Part shown: piece by piece, positions 19,086 through 28,903 of the stretch | Layout: every line of letters starts with the position of its first letter | How positions within the stretch are numbered: position 1 is the stretch's first letter | Assembly: GCA_964632885.1 (NCBI GenBank) | Contig: CAZWDB010000003.1 | Span: 7,445-71,444 of the forward strand | DNA: 64,000 bases | Source: an uncultured Acidimicrobiales bacterium | GTDB lineage: Bacteria > Actinomycetota > Acidimicrobiia > Acidimicrobiales > CAZWDB01 | Direction of reading: 5' to 3' | The notes under the pieces: generated by a model | Seen by the model: only the letters and a program-made list of their open reading frames with translations | What the model was told of the DNA's origin: nothing | Databases searched by the model: none | Translations under genes and position numbers: made by a program

Positions 19086-19375
19086 GACTCGCTCACGACC
19101 GCGGCGTCGCGGCGCCGGCCGCGGCGCCAGGCGAGGAACGGTGGCGGTGCCGACACCTTCACCGTTCGGGTTTCCGTGGCGACTTGGCCGTGCTCGATGT
19201 AACGCCCGCCCGTGGCATCGAGCTTGAGGCACGTCGCCTCGACGGTGCCGTCCTCGTCGCGTACCCGCAGCTCGCGACAGTCGTCGATGTTCTGCTCGTC
19301 GAGCCACTCTCTGAGACGCTCCCGCAGCTCGCGCGGCGTCGCGTGGTAGTCCTCCATCGTGTAGGTGGTCATCAT
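19082..19375 (-). CDS. Hypothetical phage protein
   Basis: MMTTYTMEDYHATPREL; RBS GAGGA. Confidence 0.6.
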   Translation of the reverse strand: MMTTYTMEDYHATPRELRERLREWLDEQNIDDCRELRVRDEDGTVEATCLKLDATGGRYIEHGQVATETRTVKVSAPPPFLAWRRGRRRDAAVVSES

Positions 19376-19605
19376 GTGGCGATCCTCTGTAGTGGCTTCT
19401 CGAACCAGAGCGGCGTGAGGACGTGCAGCGTCCACGTCTGCTCGCCGGTCGCGACGCGTTCGCGGACGTCGAGGGCCTGACCATGCGCGACGTTCACCAT
19501 GTGAGCGTGGACGTCGAGCCGGCCGACGACGTGCTCGCCGTGCTCGACGTCGTCGGCAAGGCGGCGCAGCCGTCGGACGATGGCCTCAGTGTTCGGGTCG
19601 ATCAT
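19372..19605 (-). CDS. Hypothetical phage protein
   Basis: MIDPNTEAIVRRL; coupled to terL stop. Confidence 0.55.
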   Translation of the reverse strand: MIDPNTEAIVRRLRRLADDVEHGEHVVGRLDVHAHMVNVAHGQALDVRERVATGEQTWTLHVLTPLWFEKPLQRIAT

Positions 19606-21122
19606 CGGGCGATAGCTCCTTCGTAGGTTCGCTGACCGTCGACGGCCAGCTCGGTTAGCAGCCAGACGAGGGCGTCCATCCGGTTCGGCGACCAGTCGAC
19701 GTCGTCGGTCCACTGGCACTGCTCGTCCTCGAGCTCGGGCAGCATCCCGACGTGGTGGACGCGGTGCTGCTCGTACAGGGCGACGACCGGCTCCGACCTC
19801 CGCCGTTTCCCTCGGGTCGCGTTGACCTTCCTGTACGGGATGCCGTTGCCGCCGGGCACGGTCCGCAATGTCATTTCGACGAGGTCGCCGCCGTTGTTGA
19901 CCTCGCCGATGACACGGTCCGCCGCGTACTCGCGGGCTTTGCCGACGACACGCCGCGCCCACTTCGACGGGCCGGCGGCGGTTGTCGCGTCCTCCAAGAT
20001 GTAGGCGTGGGGGGTGTCGGGCGACATGCCGGGCGGCGGCGTCCAACCGGGCGGCGGCGGGCCGATACCGCCGATCATGATCCCGCACTCGTCGTGGCCG
20101 CCGCGGCGGACGCCGACGTCGTCGAGCGCGTGCGGTGGCGCCTCGTCCGACTCGGTCACGTTCGGGTCGACCGCGACAACTATGCGGGTGAGGGCGAGGA
20201 CGCCGTCTTCGTCGACGGGTTCGTCGAACACCCGGTCGACTTCGATCATGACGCGCCGCCACAGGGCGCCTTCGATGTCGTCGAGGATCTCGGCGTATAG
20301 CTCCTGGCGGCCGAGGTTGGTGCCGGTGTAACGGTCGATGATGCGTTGGAACATCGGCGACAGGTTCGGCAAGTTCTCGAACGTGGTGCCCGTGGTTGTT
20401 TCGCAGCCGGACTCGGAGCGGATCTGGCGGAGGATCGTCAACGGTTTCGGGGTGGTCGTGACGACGGCCTGCGGGTTCGCGCCGAGCCGCAGGCACATTT
20501 GCAGCATGTCCCACACGTCGCGTATGTGGACCCAGGCGGCCAGCTCGTCGCACCATGCGCCGTGGAACTGTGGGCCGCGTAGCCGTTCGGGGGTTTCGGA
20601 CGCGAAGAGTCGGATGCGGCAGCCGTTGGTGGTTATGACTTCGCCGATGGAGCGATTCCAGATGTAGTGGGTTTTCTCTTTCCAGCCGCGGCGGTCGAAG
20701 ACGGCTAGCAAACCGGATTCGCCTTCGACGCATGTGTCGCGGGCGTCTCCGAAAGTGGGGGCGATGATCGCCCACCGGGTGCGGGGCCGGGTCATGACCT
20801 GTTCGGCGAGCCATTCGGCGCCGGTGCGGGTTTTGCCCCAGCCGCGGCCGGCGAGGATCAGCCAGACGAGCCATTCGCCGGTCGGCGGGTGTTGTTTGGC
20901 GCGGGCGTGCAGCCATTCCCAGCCGTCGTGGGCTTCGCCGTCGCATTCGTTGTTGTCGCATACCCACCAGCGGGCGAGGTCGGCTTCGATTTCCTCCGCG
21001 AGCGCGTCGACGATCTGTTCGACGTTTTCGAGTAGTTCGGCGGCTTCGTGGTCGTCGAGGCCGGGGAGCATCGCTTCGATCTCGGCGAGCAGTGTTTCGG
21101 CGTCGGCGAGGGTGACGGTCAC
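19602..21122 (-). CDS. terL: Terminase large subunit
   Basis: AGRGWGKTRTGAEW Walker A, LRGPQFHGAWCDE, VTTTP, VAVDP, SPNRMDALVW; probable start GTG 21122. Confidence 0.95.
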   Translation of the reverse strand: MTVTLADAETLLAEIEAMLPGLDDHEAAELLENVEQIVDALAEEIEADLARWWVCDNNECDGEAHDGWEWLHARAKQHPPTGEWLVWLILAGRGWGKTRTGAEWLAEQVMTRPRTRWAIIAPTFGDARDTCVEGESGLLAVFDRRGWKEKTHYIWNRSIGEVITTNGCRIRLFASETPERLRGPQFHGAWCDELAAWVHIRDVWDMLQMCLRLGANPQAVVTTTPKPLTILRQIRSESGCETTTGTTFENLPNLSPMFQRIIDRYTGTNLGRQELYAEILDDIEGALWRRVMIEVDRVFDEPVDEDGVLALTRIVVAVDPNVTESDEAPPHALDDVGVRRGGHDECGIMIGGIGPPPPGWTPPPGMSPDTPHAYILEDATTAAGPSKWARRVVGKAREYAADRVIGEVNNGGDLVEMTLRTVPGGNGIPYRKVNATRGKRRRSEPVVALYEQHRVHHVGMLPELEDEQCQWTDDVDWSPNRMDALVWLLTELAVDGQRTYEGAIAR

Positions 21123-21664
21123 GACGGCTCGTGGACGGTGACGAATGGGCGGCGGACGCCGGCGCTGTGCGCCTCGGCAGCTTCGAGCGCGCGTCGGATC
21201 CGCACCCACGGCGGCAGCTCGTCGCGGGTCATGGCGTGCAGAGCTCCGAGCGCGATCTCCTGGCCGCACCCGCACGCGTCGTACAGGGTGTCGGGCACGG
21301 CGACCTGGTAGTCGCCGTGAACCTGGTAGATGGCGCCGCGGTAGCCGACGAGGAACGTGCCGCCCTCTTCCCGCTCGCTTTCTCTCTTTGCGTAGCCGCC
21401 GGCTTTGAGGCAGGCACGGACGGAGTCGACGAAACAGGTAGCCATGAACGCGCGGTCGTCGAGGCCGGGGCCGTGGGAAGGGACGGTGAGGGTGTATCGC
21501 AGGAGTTGGCCCATTCGGAACGAGGTGGTGAATCCCATGACGAACGGTCCGCGGCGGAACACTTTCTCGTCGGCTCGGACGGTGAGCTGGTAGCCGGCGA
21601 CGCCGGCGGAGTCGGCGCCGATCCATACTCGGCGTCCGTTGGTGACGGCGGCGACGGCGGTCAC
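21119..21664 (-). CDS. HslV/proteasome-beta-like Ntn hydrolase
   Basis: (M)TAVAAV...IGADS...KVF...ACGCGQEIALGAL...ALEAA; N-terminal Thr after Met removal. Confidence 0.75.
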   Translation of the reverse strand: MTAVAAVTNGRRVWIGADSAGVAGYQLTVRADEKVFRRGPFVMGFTTSFRMGQLLRYTLTVPSHGPGLDDRAFMATCFVDSVRACLKAGGYAKRESEREEGGTFLVGYRGAIYQVHGDYQVAVPDTLYDACGCGQEIALGALHAMTRDELPPWVRIRRALEAAEAHSAGVRRPFVTVHEPS

Positions 21665-21873
21665 GACACCCGCTCTTGGCGGCCGGCCCGGCGGAGCGCG
21701 TCGTCGACGAGGAACCGCACCTGTTCGGCGGCGTGCACCGCTGCCATGGTCGGCGGCACGTCGTCGACGTCCTGGTCGACGACGTGGAACAGGGCGACGA
21801 CGTCGTCGAGGTCGAGCACTACCTGATCCGGCCCGACACAGCACCGACCGCCCTGCGGTTCGCCCCAGCCCAT
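21661..21873 (-). CDS. Small hypothetical protein
   Basis: Fills gap between terS and Ntn hydrolase. Confidence 0.45.
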   Translation of the reverse strand: MGWGEPQGGRCCVGPDQVVLDLDDVVALFHVVDQDVDDVPPTMAAVHAAEQVRFLVDDALRRAGRQERVS

Positions 21874-22422
21874 TTACTTGACCGCCCGCAAGTTCGCGGT
21901 GCCCTTCCGGGCCTGCAGCTCCGCCATCCGATCCCGCACCTTCGCCAACGCCTGATCCGCCTGGCCGGTGATCTCCTGACGATCCGTCGACCCACCCGAC
22001 AAAAGCTGCGCCTTGTCGACGAAGATCGCGAACGCGAGCGCCGCCTCCTTCGCCGCCTTCGGATCCGGCGGCACGTCATACACGACCGGTTCGCCGTCGT
22101 CGTCGATCTCCTGCACCTTGTGGCCGGCGAGCATCAGCAGCGCTGTTTCACGGGCGGCGGTGGCGGCGTCGCCCGCTAGGTCGGCTTCGCGGCTGCGGCG
22201 TACCGCCCATTTGCGTTGGGCGGCTTCTGTGGCGGCTGCCGTTTTAGGGGGGGCGACCGTTGCGTCGCGTTTCCAGCCGGCGGCGCGCGCCCATTTGGAG
22301 ATGGTGCCTTTGTGGCGGCCGACGGCTTTGCCGATGGTGGCGAGGTCGTCGCCGCGTTCGAACATGGCGCGGGCCCGTTCTTTGAGCTGGTCGATAACAC
22401 CCGGAGTGCGAGAGTCGGTCAC
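21874..22422 (-). CDS. Probable terminase small subunit (HTH)
   Basis: LATIGKAVGRHKGTISKWARAAGW; AIFVDKAQLLSG; position upstream of terL. Confidence 0.7.
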   Translation of the reverse strand: MTDSRTPGVIDQLKERARAMFERGDDLATIGKAVGRHKGTISKWARAAGWKRDATVAPPKTAAATEAAQRKWAVRRSREADLAGDAATAARETALLMLAGHKVQEIDDDGEPVVYDVPPDPKAAKEAALAFAIFVDKAQLLSGGSTDRQEITGQADQALAKVRDRMAELQARKGTANLRAVK

Positions 22423-22664
22423 GCGCTCAGCCCTTCCTTGGCAGCGACAGCGTCGATCGCTTCTCGGGTGACTTCGAAGTACGCCTCCGTCGGGAAGGCC
22501 GTGCCGTCGAGGCGTTCCTGACCAGGCTGGTACTCGGCCCACACGGCGACCCGAAGGCCGTAGGGGACCATGTACCAGTGACGACGGCACATGAACATCT
22601 TCGGTGGGACGTGCACGTCGCACGCCTTCGCGTGGCACGTGTGGGCGTCGTCGCGCTCAGTCAT
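22419..22664 (-). CDS. Hypothetical Cys/His-rich protein
   Basis: HTCHAKAC...MFMCRRHW. Confidence 0.65.
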   Translation of the reverse strand: MTERDDAHTCHAKACDVHVPPKMFMCRRHWYMVPYGLRVAVWAEYQPGQERLDGTAFPTEAYFEVTREAIDAVAAKEGLSA

Positions 22665-23100
22665 CGTCACTCCCACTGAGCACGCCATCCAGGGGTGCGC
22701 TCTCGCCGAATCGCTCTCTCGGCGACTTCGGGGCCGACTCGCCGAGTCGATCGGGGAACCCTTGTCGCTCGCTGACCTTGTTGAACTTGGCGACGATCGC
22801 TGCGGGAAGGGTGATGCCGGCGCGGGTCGCGAGCAGGTCGAGGTAGAGGTAGACGTCGGCCAGCTCGTCGGCGAGGTCGGCGAGCAGAGCGTCGCGGTCG
22901 TGGCCGTTGACGTCGCGGTAGCCCGTTTCGATGCGGCGCAGCTTCTTGACAACGTTGGCTGTCTCCCCGGCTTCGCCGACCATGGCGTTCGACCAGTCGG
23001 CGAGCGACCATGCTTCGTCGTGCGGGAAGCCGGGGTGCCATTTGCGGCAGCGCCGGAGGTTGGCCGAGGTCACCTCGGAGAAGGTGAGCGCGTCACACAT
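22657..23100 (-). CDS. MazG-like NTP pyrophosphohydrolase
   Basis: GEAGETANVVKK...ADELADVYLY...KFN. Confidence 0.85.
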   Translation of the reverse strand: MCDALTFSEVTSANLRRCRKWHPGFPHDEAWSLADWSNAMVGEAGETANVVKKLRRIETGYRDVNGHDRDALLADLADELADVYLYLDLLATRAGITLPAAIVAKFNKVSERQGFPDRLGESAPKSPRERFGESAPLDGVLSGSDDD

Positions 23101-23260
23101 CGTTGCCTCCTTGTGCGCGTCGAACGTGCTCGCGGTGCCCGCTGCCGAAGATGGCGTCGAGGTCGTCGCACAGCTCACAGGCGGTTTCCGTGCGTCCGTG
23201 GTCACACTCGATGTCGTGGACGTGCCGCATCTGGTCGAAGGTGTCGCCGTGCTCGCCCAT
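23093..23260 (-). CDS. Small hypothetical protein
   Basis: MGEHGDTFDQ...CELC. Confidence 0.45.
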   Translation of the reverse strand: MGEHGDTFDQMRHVHDIECDHGRTETACELCDDLDAIFGSGHREHVRRAQGGNDV

Positions 23261-23847
23261 TAGGCGCAGCTCCACGGCGTCCAGCCGTCTCTGAGGAACA
23301 GGGCGCGGGCGGCGGCGATGTTGGCGTCGACGTCGAACATGGCATCCCACGACAAGCCGATCTGGTCGAGTAGTTCGCCGGGCTCGGCGTGTACGGGGTG
23401 GATTTGGAAGAGGCCGCGTTCGCCGGCGGCGCCGACGTCGGTCGGGTCGAACCGGGATTCGCAGCGGGCGACGGCGAGCGCTTGGGCGCAGCGGTCGCCG
23501 AACGCCTCGCAGATCCGGTTCTGTATGTCGGGGAGGGGTGCGGTGTGGACGTAGACGCCGACGGCGTGAACTTCGACGGGCGGCTCGGTCGTGGTCGTCG
23601 TGGTGGTGCTGGTGGCTTGCCATGCGGCGTATCGGTCGGCGATCGCGCCGGCCGGTAGCTCGCGGACGCCGGGCCGGGCGCTGATGTCGTCGACCGTTTC
23701 GAGGTGGACGGCGCCGGGCGTGTCGAGCATTCGGGTGAAGACGACGCCGGCGGTGATCGACACGGCGACGGATAGGAGGGCGACGAGCGCGACGAACGCT
23801 ACGGTGTCGACGGGTCGCCAGCCGGCGATGCGGGTGGGCCGGTTCAT
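23260..23847 (-). CDS. Membrane-anchored lytic transglycosylase (SLT-like)
   Basis: N-terminal TM, poly-Thr linker, VARCESRF...GLFQI...NIAAA...GWTPW. Confidence 0.85.
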   Translation of the reverse strand: MNRPTRIAGWRPVDTVAFVALVALLSVAVSITAGVVFTRMLDTPGAVHLETVDDISARPGVRELPAGAIADRYAAWQATSTTTTTTTEPPVEVHAVGVYVHTAPLPDIQNRICEAFGDRCAQALAVARCESRFDPTDVGAAGERGLFQIHPVHAEPGELLDQIGLSWDAMFDVDANIAAARALFLRDGWTPWSCA

Positions 23848-24386
23848 TCGGACGGTCCTTTCGTGGGGTTCTGGCGGGCCGCGTTCCACGAGCCCCAGGT
23901 GACGCGTTGTCGGTGGTCGCCGCCGCAGACTGCGCAGCGGTCGGGGTCGTTCTGGCCGGGTGTGAAGTCGTGGTCGACAACGGGCACCGAAACGAGGATG
24001 CGGAACTCGCCGCGTGCGGGACCGGCCGTCTCGGCCTCGCCGACGTGCGAGCAGTGTGGATAGCGGCGTTCGCCGCATTGCTCGCACCATTTGCCGAAGA
24101 CTTCGACGAGATTGCACGGCCTTCCGGGCGTGACGAAGTGGCGGCGGCACGAACAGACCACGGGGTCGTCGAGCCAGACGATGCGGGTGTGGCCGCCGTG
24201 GCCGTGGACGGCTTCGACGGACGCGACGCCGCGTTCGTGGAAGACGACGGAGGTCGGGGTGGCGCTGTTCCATCGGAGGACGGCGATGTCGGGCTCGACG
24301 AAGTGGACGCCTTCGGCGACGACGCCGGTACCGGACACGCCGGTGTCGTCGACGTCGCGGTGCAGTTCGAATCGGCGGGTCGTCAT
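23844..24386 (-). CDS. Conserved actinophage-type hypothetical protein with Cys-rich tail
   Basis: RRFELHRDVDDTGVSGTGVVAEG...VHGHGGHTRIVW. Confidence 0.7.
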   Translation of the reverse strand: MTTRRFELHRDVDDTGVSGTGVVAEGVHFVEPDIAVLRWNSATPTSVVFHERGVASVEAVHGHGGHTRIVWLDDPVVCSCRRHFVTPGRPCNLVEVFGKWCEQCGERRYPHCSHVGEAETAGPARGEFRILVSVPVVDHDFTPGQNDPDRCAVCGGDHRQRVTWGSWNAARQNPTKGPSE

Positions 24387-25683
24387 CGTTTCGTCTCGAT
24401 CGTCCAGGGGGCGGGCGGTGTGATGGCGCGGAACAGTCGGCGGATGCAGACGAGGCAGACGCGGGGCCGCGCGGCGAGCTGGTGGCGCCGGTTGCACCAT
24501 CGGCAGACGCCGTGGGCTATGGCGCCGGTCGGTGTCTTCGCTCGAACGATGCGCCGTATCTCGCGTTCGGCTCGCCGTTTCGCGGCTCGGTGGTTGTTGC
24601 TCATGCTGCGTGTCCTTTCTCGAAGAGGTCGAGGGCGGGCGCCGGGTCGACGGGGGCAGCGGCAGGCGGCCGGCGGTGCGGGTGGGGGCCGCAGGTGCGC
24701 CAGTAGCCGTGTTCGACGAACAGGAGGCCGCAGACTCCGCATAGGGCGCCGTCGTGGAAGGTGACGGCCGGGGCGTCGGCGTCGTAGCGGCGGCCGGCGG
24801 TGTAGTCGGGGAGGCGCGGGTCGTCGGAGGTCATCGGCGGAACCATTCGCCTCGGTCGGCGTGTTCGACGCCGTGGGTCGGGCAGCCCTCTTCGCCGGCG
24901 GGGTGGTCGCAGATCGGGCAGCGCCGGTCGTGGTTGGCGCGGCCGCGACGTATGTCGTCGACCGTCGGACCGTTCGCCGCTTCGAGCATTTCGAGGTAGT
25001 CGCCGGGGTTGTTGAGCGTCTTCTTGCGGGGCGCCGCCATCAGCGGACCTCGGCGAGCTGGGCGTCGGCAAGGTCGGCGTCGAAATCGGCCATGATCGAC
25101 AGGTGCTCGACGGATTGGGCGCACATGCCGGGCATGGCGCCGACGGGGACGGCCCACACCCACCGGCACCAGGCGCACACGGCCCAGCCGTCGTCGGGGT
25201 GGGGGCGGCGGACCGATTCGCGGTCGCAGTGTGGGCAGTCGCGGCACGGGCAGCGGTAGCCGTAGGTGCGCGGCGGTTTCGACGTGTCGGCGTAGTCGGT
25301 CACGTCGGGTCGACCTTCTCGTAGGCGACGGCGGCGGCGATCGCCGACAGCATCCCGACCGCGGTGGGTAGCGGCAGGTGGGCCGTCGGGTCGGAGACGA
25401 CCATCGCGTGATGCAGGTAGTCGATCCCGAACGCGAACGCTCTCGCCTGTTCGGCGCAGCCGAGGTCGACACCCAGCCGGGCGGCGGCGTCTCGCACCAT
25501 GACGACGTTCTGGTCGGTGGCGGCGACAACGACTTCGGGTGTGATGCCGACGCGTTGGAACTCGTCGGATCGGGCGTTCTCGGCGAGACGGTCCGCCATC
25601 ATTCGGAGCGGCAGCCAGACGGTCGGGGTGCAGGCGAGGCAGAGTGCGCCGGCTGCGTGGTCGTGCGGGGCGGGTCCGTGCAT
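24383..25683 (-). CDS. Five small hypothetical genes (24383-24604, 24601-24834, 24831-25040, 25040-25303, 25300-25683)
   Basis: Chained overlapping start/stop codons; all have CxxC motifs. Confidence 0.55.
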
Positions 25684-25686
25684 TGG

Positions 25687-26319
25687 TCAGGCTCCTTGGG
25701 CGTGGGCTCGTGGGCAGGGGCGGGCGACGTTCGTGTCGTCGTCGAGGACGAGGCCGGTGTCGCCGCAGTCGGGGCACGCTTCGCCTCGGGCGCGTCGGGC
25801 GTTGCGTTCGGCGCGGACGTGGTCGGCCGCCGCGCGGGACTCGTAGGGGTCGTTCGATGTCGACGCGCGACGCGCGGGTCTAGGGGTCGTAGGGTCAGGT
25901 CGCATGGGTGCGACCGTTTCTGCGTCGATTTGCGACCGTTGTGCGACCGATAACTCGGCGCCTTTGGTTGCAGCTTGCGACCATTGCTCGGCGAGGTCAT
26001 CGGACAGCCTCGGGGTCGGCCATTTGAGCTGCGCGGCGATGCCGAGCGGGTTGCGTCCCATCGCGACGACGTACTGGTTGTGGCGGCCGCGGGCGTGAAC
26101 CTTCGGGCGGTTGACGACCAGCTCGCCGGCCGCTTCGAGCGACCCGAGGCAACGCATGACCGTCGCCCGGTGAACGTGGCTCTTCGCGGCGAGACGGTTG
26201 ACGCCCGGATAGCAGTATCCCGAGTCGTCGGCTTCGTCGGCGATCGACAGGAGCACGAGCCGGTCCGATCCGTCGGCGTCCGAGTCGTGAAACACCCATG
26301 TCAGAACGCGCAGACTCAC
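25687..26319 (-). CDS. Replication initiator (winged HTH, lambda O-like)
   Basis: RLVLLSIADEADDSGYCYPGVNRLA...RATVMRCLGSLEAAG; C-terminal CPDC; RBS AGGAG. Confidence 0.85.
   Translation of the reverse strand: MSLRVLTWVFHDSDADGSDRLVLLSIADEADDSGYCYPGVNRLAAKSHVHRATVMRCLGSLEAAGELVVNRPKVHARGRHNQYVVAMGRNPLGIAAQLKWPTPRLSDDLAEQWSQAATKGAELSVAQRSQIDAETVAPMRPDPTTPRPARRASTSNDPYESRAAADHVRAERNARRARGEACPDCGDTGLVLDDDTNVARPCPRAHAQGA
25898..25982. repeat. Iteron cluster (TGCGACC/GGTCGCA), putative phage origin
   Basis: TGCGACC at 25909, 25931, 25942, 25976; inverted copies at 25898 and (one mismatch) 25966; inside initiator gene. Confidence 0.7.
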
Positions 26320-26475
26320 CGCGTTACCGTCCTCTCCTGGTGCGTGTCGTCGTGTCGTTCGCCGGCTGGGAGCTCGTAGTCGAGGCGCCCGCCGCGGCCC
26401 GAAACGATGAGCGGAACCATGAGCCGCTATTCGTATCACACCGGGCGCGGCGCGGCGACGACGGGGAGGCCGAGA

Positions 26476-26652
26476 TCACGCCGATCGGCTCCGGTGCCCG
26501 ATATGCCACCAGCCGCACGAGCAGCGGTAGGCGACGAGGCGGCCGCCGCCCATAGCTTGGGTTCGACGGGCAGCCCTCTTCGCGACCGTCGAGTTGGCGT
26601 AGGTTCGTTTCAGGTCGCAGCCGCGGGCGGACACGGAGCGTCGGGCCACCAT
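26476..26652 (-). CDS. Small Cys/His protein
   Basis: AYRCSCGWWHIGH; start uncertain. Confidence 0.55.
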   Translation of the reverse strand: MVARRSVSARGCDLKRTYANSTVAKRAARRTQAMGGGRLVAYRCSCGWWHIGHRSRSA

Positions 26653-26680
26653 CAACGCCCCCGCTCGGTTGGGAGCCACG

Positions 26681-27157
26681 TCACTGTCTCGTCTCGTCGT
26701 CCGCGCCGTCGTCGAGGACGCGGCGGACGAACACTTCGTTGCCGCCGTGGCTCCATTCCCAGCCTTCGAGCCCGAGCCGCCGGCACCGCGACGCGAGCGA
26801 GCCGGCGCCTTGGCCGGTCTGGCATTCGATGACCGAATGCCAGGCGCTCGCGGTCCACTGGCCGCTCGTCTCGATCTCGGCGAGCAGCCCGGCGACGCGG
26901 TCGATCAGCTTCGGCGCGCCACCGGGCTCGGGCTTCGGCGGGTCACGCCGGGCGATACGGTAGATCGGGCCTGGCTTTTTCGGCTTGGCCGGCTTGCGTG
27001 GCGCGGGTGTCGACGATGCGTTGCTGTGGCTGGGTCGGTTGCGATGCCGGCGGCGGTCGGGACATCCGCAGGTGCCCGACATGCACAGGCTGTGGGAGCC
27101 TTCGCGGCATCGGCCGCACCAGCCGGCCTTGGCGTCGGTGATCTCTTCGGTGGTCAT
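26681..27157 (-). CDS. Hypothetical phage protein
   Basis: MTTEEITD...CGRC...CGC; RBS GAAAGG. Confidence 0.6.
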   Translation of the reverse strand: MTTEEITDAKAGWCGRCREGSHSLCMSGTCGCPDRRRHRNRPSHSNASSTPAPRKPAKPKKPGPIYRIARRDPPKPEPGGAPKLIDRVAGLLAEIETSGQWTASAWHSVIECQTGQGAGSLASRCRRLGLEGWEWSHGGNEVFVRRVLDDGADDETRQ

Positions 27158-27501
27158 GATCTTCCTTTCCGTGCGGTTCGGAGGACGTCGGCGGCGAAGT
27201 CGAGGTCGTCGGGGTACCAGACGTAGGAGGGCACGCCGGCGGCCGCCAGCTCGTCGAGGACGTCGGACTGTTCGGGTGTCGGCTCGTCGGGCGGCACCTT
27301 CACCTCGACGGCGAGGACGCCGCCACAGTCCGGGTGCCAGAGCAGCAGGTCGGGCCAGCCCTTGACGTTGGTGGCGGTGACCCACGTCTTGCCTTTGCCG
27401 ATGGAGCGGCGGACGTGGAGGTGCCGCCATCCGTAGGCCTGTGCGAGGTCGACGAGCTGCGCCTGCCACTCGGTGTGGGTGGGGCGGGGCGGGGCCGTCA
27501 C
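27154..27501 (-). CDS. VRR-NUC domain nuclease
   Basis: GWPDLLL...VEVK...PTPEQ..L..L. Confidence 0.85.
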   Translation of the reverse strand: MTAPPRPTHTEWQAQLVDLAQAYGWRHLHVRRSIGKGKTWVTATNVKGWPDLLLWHPDCGGVLAVEVKVPPDEPTPEQSDVLDELAAAGVPSYVWYPDDLDFAADVLRTARKGRS

Positions 27502-28903
27502 GCGCCACCTCCGAGCCGTTGGAGCGCGACGAGCGCTAGCGCGCGCTCGACACGTTCGAGTCGTTTCGCGAGCGGTACCGGCTTTGTCGGCCACCGGCCG
27601 CGCAGCAGCGGCGGTGCGGCCGGTTCGGGCTTGTACCACGGGACGCGGCCCTCGATCACGACGCAGGGCGCGTCGTTCTCGATGAGAAGGCCGGTGGTGA
27701 GGTTCCCCTTCCACTTGCCGCGCTTGCGTATCTCGGTGACGTGGTAAGCGCCCTCGACGTGAACCTGCGTCATCGGGTCGAGCCGGGAGAGGACGTCGAC
27801 CAGCTCGGCCGCCGTCACGACGCGACCCGTTCGTCGTCGAGGTCGAACCAGTCGGGCCACACATGCGACGGGTGGTAGCCGGCCGCCGTCGCGGCCCGGT
27901 CGGCTTCCCACTCGTCGATCCAGCGGCGCGACCCGTGGCGGCGGCGGTGAATGGTGCGCCGGTCGACGCCGACACGAGCGGCGATCGCCGACGGCGAGTC
28001 CTCGTCGAGCAGGTCGACGAGGACTCCGAAGTCGAAGAGGCGGCCCGTCACCGGTTGGCCTTCCGTTGCCGCCAGCGGGGCCGGCTGTAGAGCGCTTCGG
28101 CGTCGCGGCACGGGTCGCAGCCGCATCCGTCGTTGTAGGTGGAACGGCGGCCGTGGGTGCGGCCGTGCAGGATCGGGCGGAGGTTGCGTTGCCGGCGGAT
28201 CCTGTCTCGGCGGACGGGCGCGGTCACGACCTGGCCGCCTTCGACTGTTCGACGCGGCGCCACACGATGGAGCGGTGACCGAGGAACCAGTCGCCGCGTT
28301 CGCCGGTGTCGACGATCAGGCGGTGCTTCGCGAGCCGTTCGACGGCGGCGAGGATCGTCGACGTCGTCTTGCGTTTCCGGCGGTCGGCGTCGGGGCCGTC
28401 GTGGCGACCGATCAGCTCGCCGACGATCGACTTGTCGTCCGCGGTGTCGCGCCGGTCGAGCAGCGCGAGCACTTGCAGCTCCATGCCTTCGGGCTCGTAG
28501 GTCTTCGGGCGTGCCGTTTTGAGGGCTTTGCGGAACTTGACGTTGTGTGTCTCGTCCCAATCGGGGAACATCGAATCCGTCACGGCCTGCCTCCTTCGAG
28601 GGTGCGGTCGACGCGGCCGCGCTCGACCGTCAGCCACTCGCGGAGCACGGCGATCTCGCCGGCCGACGGCAGGTGGTGGCCGAGGTACTCGGCGAGCGCG
28701 GCCGCGACCGCTTCGAGCGTGTCGACAGGAAGGGATATGCCGGCGTCCGTCGGGGGCGTGGTCGCTACGGCGTCGACGACCATCCACGAGCCGTCTTCGA
28801 GTAGCGCCTCGACGATGCCGGCGGTCCCGCCGACGGGCCGCCAGACGTGCAGCCGGACAGTGTCGGTGTGGACGGCGCGTTCTATGTGGGCGCGGTACGT
28901 CAT
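27498..28903 (-). CDS. Five small early genes (27498-27818, 27815-28051 HTH-like, 28048-28227 Zn-finger, 28224-28583, 28580-28903)
   Basis: GTGA/ATGA coupled; IAARVGVDRRTIHR HTH; HGRRSTYNDGCGCDPC. Confidence 0.6.
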
